Positions 14,119 through 20,000 of a stretch of DNA of 20,000 nucleotides are shown here, piece by piece. The DNA comes from Sphaeroforma arctica JP610 (taxonomy: Eukaryota), in NCBI RefSeq assembly GCF_001186125.1, contig NW_014040224.1, forward strand, positions 53,733 to 73,732, written 5' to 3'. Made by a program: the position numbers and the translations under genes. Each line of letters starts with the position of its first letter. Within the stretch, counting starts at the first letter, position 1. The notes below the pieces were generated by a model. The model had not been told where the DNA came from, did not search any database, and was given only the letters and a program-made list of their open reading frames with translations.

Positions 14119-17100
14119 ATTGGTGCAACCACACTGCATATGTGCAGCTGAGAGATGCCATGGGAATTTATTCCGCTGATGGCGCCCTTATGACTAATTT
14201 ATGGATAATGCAGCAACAACAATTACGTCGCATTTTTTATTGTTTGCATGGTGCTTTGTGCTACCTGTGAGCCTATGTGGAAATACATGTTGGTCAAGCA
14301 CGATGCTACTGACGACGGCACCGTATACAGAAAAAGACTTGTGCTTTATGCCAACCGGTACAGCGCGTTGCACTTCGATTTGACACGCTTGTAGTTAAAG
14401 CGCGAACACAAATATCGCGTCAACATGCTCTACCCTACTAGATTCAGATGAAAATCTGGTGCAAAACTAAAACCCCCCCCCAAAAGAAAAAAAAGATCGG
14501 ACTCACAATTCAGTGAGCGAGCTGCACTGTTCAAGAATGAGAAGCAGATGCTAGTTGTGAGACGTGCTTTATAGTCCACCACTCCAACCAATAGTAAACG
14601 ATTCCAATTAACACAGCGACACTCAAGAAGTGAAGCAAACAGAACATTGTCAACTTGTATCTAAACCTTGCTCAGTCATACAACCTGCTATGGGCATGAA
14701 TATACGAGAATACTATATGCTACCAGCCGGCAGGGGTGGTAAACACGCTGCTGTTAAATCATTTGCGGATGATATCGATGGCAGATGATGGAGTGTATGA
14801 ACTACAGTAAAGTGCCCATGAGCTCACTGCCAGAGGAGTTGTATTGTGTGCGACACGAGGCCACTAGATATCTACATACACAATAGCGGCCTAGTAAACA
14901 GGTAGTAAGTCATCGCACCTTTCTAACATATAATATTGTACGCGGAATTATTGAACTAAGCGGTTTAGACAGCTACTACAAGTATTATCCTATAGATCAT
15001 GATCAAATTTAGTTGCCAAATTTGAGTACTATCCGGTCGTGTTTGTAGCTAACATGTCCGCGAACTCTCCTATCGGTTAAACTGAGTGTATCGCAGCCGA
15101 TTTACCATTGCAGATATGCATATAACGATCGTGCCCTCTAATTGATTGATTGCCAATAAATACAATATTTACATTCCGCATAGTTCCTACAGCACATCCT
15201 CCATCTTTCCAGTACTGTGCTCGTACATAGTTCGCGCTCGTCTGTATAGTTTGCTAACGCATTAAAGATGTTGCCTTCCAGTCTGGTCTTGTGTACACTT
15301 TTATCAAATACTCTATAACATCATTGAGGTAGTGCACGTTTACCTCCCATCTTCTGCATCGTATTCGCGTGTTTATTCGACAAGAAATGCCTGGCGGTGC
15401 TTAAGGTACAAGGTATGCATTTTGTCTAACCGCTTGAACTGTATCTATTGAGCTACGGGTGAATGAGCTTCTGCAGGTTCAGTGGAGTATGAATATAGAC
15501 TGTGTCACTATCTACCACTATTGTTGAGTTTGTAATTATATCGGGTGCCCATCTTCGACACACTAGCTAGTGGTGTGTAGGAATTTAGTGTTAGGGAGTT
15601 TTCCATCGGTTCCACAACTGGTGTAACGCTGTTTTAGGAACGTCATACATCCGAAACCATCGAGTATGCGACCCTGCGTATGAGTTAGTTGTATAAGAAA
15701 CCTGTTTCTAAATGTAATTCTCTCTACTTGTACAAACATGTTGAGTATGGCATACCAGTGTTTTGTTCCTCTGTTTATTGCTATTATGTGGGCGTCATTT
15801 CGTATACCACTAGTCGTGTACATAGCATGCCTGCTTGCGAGCTCCTTTCCGCCAACCTTGTCGTGTTTACAGCTATCATCAAACAGATCGTTCTATACAT
15901 ATCTACGAATTCACATACACAGCCTTTCCAAATTTTTGATCGTGTAGATATCTAAGCCCTAACCCGATTTTTACTTCAGATGATCGGGTTTATAGCAGAG
16001 TATATGTTGCAATCTGAGTTAAGTACTACACTCTCTCTGTGTTAACTACCGCGGCCTAGTGGTGTATGTATCCTGATGTATGCGGTAGAATCAGTCAGGC
16101 GTATACAGCTATCGTGTATGCAAATATAACGTGTTCGTAGCTTTCGTGTGTGTACGAGTTCAGATAATACACGATGTAATATAACAATACCATCACGCGA
16201 GCTTCCCTACCGTTGCATTGTTGCAAAGTAGTATTCTATTTGCGGTATTCACTATCATATGGTCAGAAGCGTCTAATATTCTCATATCGCAGCCTTCCCT
16301 ACAACTCTATCCTTGCACAGTTGCATTAAATAGGTGGTTTTCACTACTGTCTGGTCATGTTCGAAACCGCCGAAACAGTGATTTCCTGCAGCCCTATGCA
16401 TACACACTAAATCACCCTATCAATTTTACAATTCCTGAGCTTATTAGGGAACAACATGTTCCGTAAGCTCTCAATCACGAAACCATCTGTTCTATGCGTT
16501 TTTTTACATATCTGCGTATATGTGGAGCATTTTTTACGGGCCTAAGAATGCATAAAGGTACTGTATTACGGTCCCTTACTGCCACAGCTGTATATATTGC
16601 AAACACTGCTCAATAGATTTAGCATGAGTGCAAACTCTGTGCACTATAAATTGTACACACTCTTCTTTGTCACCCTAGTGACGTATATAGCTGGTACTGC
16701 CGTACAGATTTATTCGCTATACTCTAGAATACAGGTATATTGCATACACTCTTACATACCGCTCTAGTAGTGTGTATAGCTACCGTTGATATACGGGTTT
16801 AATAAGCATAAATTTATTCGGAACATGTATCTTGTCCGTACGTCCCAGTAGTCTACATAGTTGTTTTTAGCCATATAATTCAATGAGAACACGGATACAC
16901 TCTTCCATTCCCTCTAGTGGTGTATATAGCTACGACAACCCTACGGATTTAATCACAAATAGTTTCGTAGCAAGCACATTGCATACATAATTTCTTACCG
17001 CTCAAGTAATGTCTATATCTATCATTCTTATGCATATTTATCTAATTAATGAACACACAATCACTTTGTACATATCCTTACCGCTCTGGTGGTGTAAATG

Positions 17101-17231
17101 GCTGCCATTGCACCGCTGGCCGCCCCTATGGCAGCGGCCACAGCTGCTGCTGCGCCTCCGCCAGGTGTGGGCTTCTTCTGTGCTAGCAGGTGTGTCCACT
17201 CGCCTATACTGCTCTCGGCAGTTTCCCCCAT
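12649..17231 (-). CDS. Stand-alone cyclodeaminase/cyclohydrolase family protein (FTCD C-terminal domain-like), ~192 aa; exons 17231-17082, 13719-13564, 13211-13143, 12968-12887, 12770-12649
   Basis: Not in the ORF track; spliced by hand (579 nt, phases 0,0,0,1, all GT-AG): MGETAESSIGEWTHLLAQKKPTPGGGAAAAVAAAIGAASGAMAAIYTTRA|IDEKKGVADKARSIAHDLDKAAAQMIEAADDDAKAYARLQLTWKKDSGLSDE|EVKNIQTEALRVPTDLLKSCHEQ|AVRINDFLPDVNKNIRSDACVALHLLAG|AAHAAYATVLVNNPP... It matches FTCD_C hallmarks PxPGGG, DxDxxAY, AxxVP, NxNxxSD and VxxN. The last ~6 residues could instead be spliced at GAA|gtttgc. Confidence 0.9.
13885..14116. repeat. (AT)n microsatellite containing an assembly gap (20 N at 13988-14007)
   Basis: Direct inspection. 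Confidence 0.95.
14700..17110 (-). repeat. Degenerate repeat array derived from the exon-1 3' end and donor site of the cyclodeaminase gene
   Basis: Approximate + strand consensus gcatacactctt..taccgctctagtggtgtatatagctac. Clear copies at ~16651, 16740, 16894, 16979 and the true junction at 17066. Weaker copies at ~16826, 16570, 16026, 15805, 15560, 15030 and 14715. The left boundary is uncertain. Confidence 0.75.
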
Positions 17232-17419
17232 ACTCGACTTCGTTTACTCTGCAAGATAGCTTTGTTTACTTTATTAATCATTCACTCTAACACAACAAGG
17301 CTCAGATAAATAAATATTTATATGATTTTTCATAGTCTTCTTCTATAAAATAAAAGATTGTAACTATTGTTCTTTAATATAAAAAATAGGTCCCTTTGCA
17401 GTTTTTCTGTTTTTGACAT

Positions 17420-17545
17420 CACGCCGTGGTCCACACTCCACTGGCCACTACTCAGAACTTAGACCTTAGGCGCATCAGGGCTCAGGCCCAGGGCCTCTGG
17501 ACGGGGGGCTCGTGAGTCGTGAGTCGTGACTCTCGTCTCATCGAA
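17420..17545. promoter_or_regulatory. GC-rich island, probable bidirectional promoter between the cyclodeaminase and SSU72 genes
   Basis: GC-rich patch within AT-rich DNA between divergent ATGs at 17231 and 18092. Contains tandem cgtgagt-cgtgagt-cgtgact. Confidence 0.5.
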
Positions 17546-18091
17546 AATTGCCAAAATATGAGAAAGTTAGAGTTAGGGTTTACCACCAATGAAAATACTC
17601 GTAAAGACCAAAATATGAGACTATTTTTCTTCGTGAAAATTGGCTTGTGTATTTTTAAAGAACAAGTATATTTTAGAAGAAGGTTATGGTTGAAATAAAG
17701 CAAAACAAAATTTTCATTGTATTAGGAGCGTGACAGACAGAAAATGAATCTCAGTCTCAAGGGTATTAGTTTTTAATAATAAAAATGAGTTGTTCTAATT
17801 TTAGGAGGCTATGAATGAGTCTCGTTTTTTTTAATGTTTACAGTACAACGGTCAAAAAGTCGTACTCATCACTGCCAGTCAACGACTGTGACATATATAC
17901 ATACATTTTAATAGTTTTTTTAACAAAAATATAAAAACGGAATAGAATGTCCATGGCAAATACTTATTTACATAAATATGGGCGAACACATCTGCATATG
18001 TAGTCTCCTGAAATAAGTGTTCAAACGCATACCTTATATTATCCATATTTGCGCTTCTGTAGACACTAGATATGCAAAGCAGTTTGCGAAG

Positions 18092-18168
18092 ATGACATCC
18101 AACTACTCATACGCTATTGTATGCTCCAGCAACCAGAATCGAAGTATGGAAGGCCATTGCTTCTTGAT
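18092..18168 (+). CDS. SSU72: RNA polymerase II CTD phosphatase Ssu72, first coding exon (3'-partial)
   Basis: Translates MTSNYSYAIVCSSNQNRSMEGHCFL, the Ssu72 signature VCSSNQNRSMEAH with the catalytic CX5R motif. It ends at a strong phase-2 donor AT|gtaagt. No exon encoding the expected SFGTG..VKLPG segment was found before 20000, so the gene continues beyond the window. Confidence 0.92.
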
Positions 18169-19239
18169 GTAAGTTTAATTTAATCTTGAAGTTTACGTTC
18201 TCTCAGCTCAGCCTCCACATTGCCACAGCACAGTGCCAATATGCAATGACAGGTAGAGTGTAACGCATACACATGTACATAAAACCATACATCCCTGCTG
18301 ATGTGTTGGTTTATGTACACATATATTGATATTGCTATCTGCACTAGGGACATGTTCTGGAGCTGACATGCGTGTAAAAATCGCTGAAGCCATAGAGCGA
18401 GCAACACCTGTCGCACCTCTAGAGCTGGTGTTGATTGAGTGAAACGCAATACCGCCTTCACTCGGATACGTCCCTCGCCTACATGCTTTGGTAACTTGGA
18501 GACGGTTCACTACTTCTAGGTGTAATTGATAATCCTAGCGAGAGGCAAGTTGCACTGATGTAGTTTATTAGGTGGAACCATCACAGTCAATACGATAGAC
18601 ACTTAAGTAGATAGGACAAGGACAATTCATTAGATATAACCAGAACTTTCAACAGATAGAACCGGCACTTCTAATGTATACCACTGTGAAACAGTAAAAC
18701 AGCCAAACGCTTTGGCTGTGGCCCCTAAATAGGGACAAACTCTCTGAGTTCGATTTTGAGTTTAATGTTTGTTGGTGCTATGGGTGTTAGCATGCTATCA
18801 AAATATTGTCGAACATTCTGCGTTCCCAACAGAGGCTCGCATAGTATTTTGCAAGTCTTGACCAGCTGTATGTAAAGTATTACCGATAACAAACGCTCGT
18901 TGCGATTTGGCTGAGGTATCGTTTCGGTGGGAAATATTCAAGGGTAACTTGGGTATAGGAAAAGGAGCGCATTGACTGTGTTTCGATTGTGTCACCTACG
19001 CTACTACATTTTCTTCTAATTTCAGGCGAATATCAAACTCTGCATAACTTTTCTGTGAAAACGTCAATATTCCAGTCCATAGTTAACATACCGCAGAGAG
19101 ATATTTATATTATTATACATATACTACTTTTCAAACTATATGTATGTATATTTTTAGCACGATATGATGCTCGTATACTTTTATATTGCCATATATGTAC
19201 CATATCGTATATACACATCACACTTTTAACACAAACACA

Positions 19240-19248
19240 TGCGTGTGT

Positions 19249-19283
<35 letters not shown>

Positions 19284-19715
19284 CTACCTATATATATATA
19301 CATATATACCTATATATATATATTATATATATATATATACACGTCTATATACGTATATATATATATATATATAGATTTGTGTATGTATATATATTTAGAT
19401 ATATAGATATGAAAGCATATCTGTATATGTATAAATGTATATATATATATATTTATATATATATATACACGTCTATATACGTATATATATATTTATATAG
19501 ATTTGTGTATGTATATATATTTAGATATATAGATATGAAAGCATATCTGTATATGTATAAATGTATATATATATATATTTATATATATATATATATATGT
19601 AATATATATATATATACATTAACATATACGTATATATACATATACACTCACACACTCACACACACATCTATATATATATATCTATATATAAATATATTAT
19701 TGTGATATGCATTGT

Positions 19716-19747
<32 letters not shown>

Positions 19748-20000
19748 GATATGTATTGAATAGATATATATATATGTGTGTATGTGTGTGTTCGTATGTA
19801 TTTATATATATGTACATATGCATGCACACACAATATATGTATATATATATATATACATGCGTGTGTATATATGCCGTTAGTATGGGTGTGTATATTGATA
19901 AATATATGTATTTACGAAGAATTTACATAGACATATATATATGTATATATATACATATATATATATATATAAATATATATCAATATATATATACATGTTT
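19240..20000. repeat. (AT)n-rich low-complexity tract in the SSU72 intron, with a ~127-bp near-perfect tandem duplication (~19340-19597)
   Basis: cacgtctatatacgtat...atagatttgtgtatgtatatatatttagatatatagatatgaaagcatatctgtatatgtataaatg occurs at 19340 and 19468. Confidence 0.93.

Noticed and set aside
14700..17110. Repeat-and-spacer appearance suggesting a CRISPR array
   Set aside because: Repeats are highly degenerate, irregularly spaced and derived from a eukaryotic exon; no cas genes are present.
17573..17581. ttagggttt, a telo-box-like or telomere-like motif
   Set aside because: Single 9-mer, compatible with chance.
18989..19833. 238-aa ORF and neighbouring ORFs
   Set aside because: Mostly (AT)n low complexity. 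The ttcag acceptor at 19025 gives an early stop in the SSU72 phase and no Ssu72 motifs.

Overview
Eukaryotic genomic DNA with GT-AG introns, large (AT)n/(CA)n tracts and one N-gap. Gene content would fit a unicellular opisthokont such as an ichthyosporean, but the sequence alone cannot prove that. Manual splicing gives five genes: (1) the 3' part of an ExoIII/APE1-family AP endonuclease (+, 113..2057); (2) an N-anchored alpha/beta-hydrolase (-, 6527..2565, 453 aa); (3) an ACAA2-type thiolase (+, 8005..11154, 392 aa); (4) a stand-alone cyclodeaminase/cyclohydrolase (FTCD_C-like) gene missed by the ORF track (-, 17231..12649, ~192 aa); (5) the first coding exon of SSU72 (+, from 18092). Genes 2/3 and 4/5 are head-to-head pairs around short GC-rich islands that share motifs. 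The most unusual signal is in the 3.4-kb first intron of gene 4. It carries a decaying array of copies of its own exon-1 end and 5' splice site, and shorter echoes of this kind appear after donors in three other genes. Also notable are a PIP-box-like motif inside the AP endonuclease catalytic domain and acceptor-like sites just upstream of all four visible start codons.
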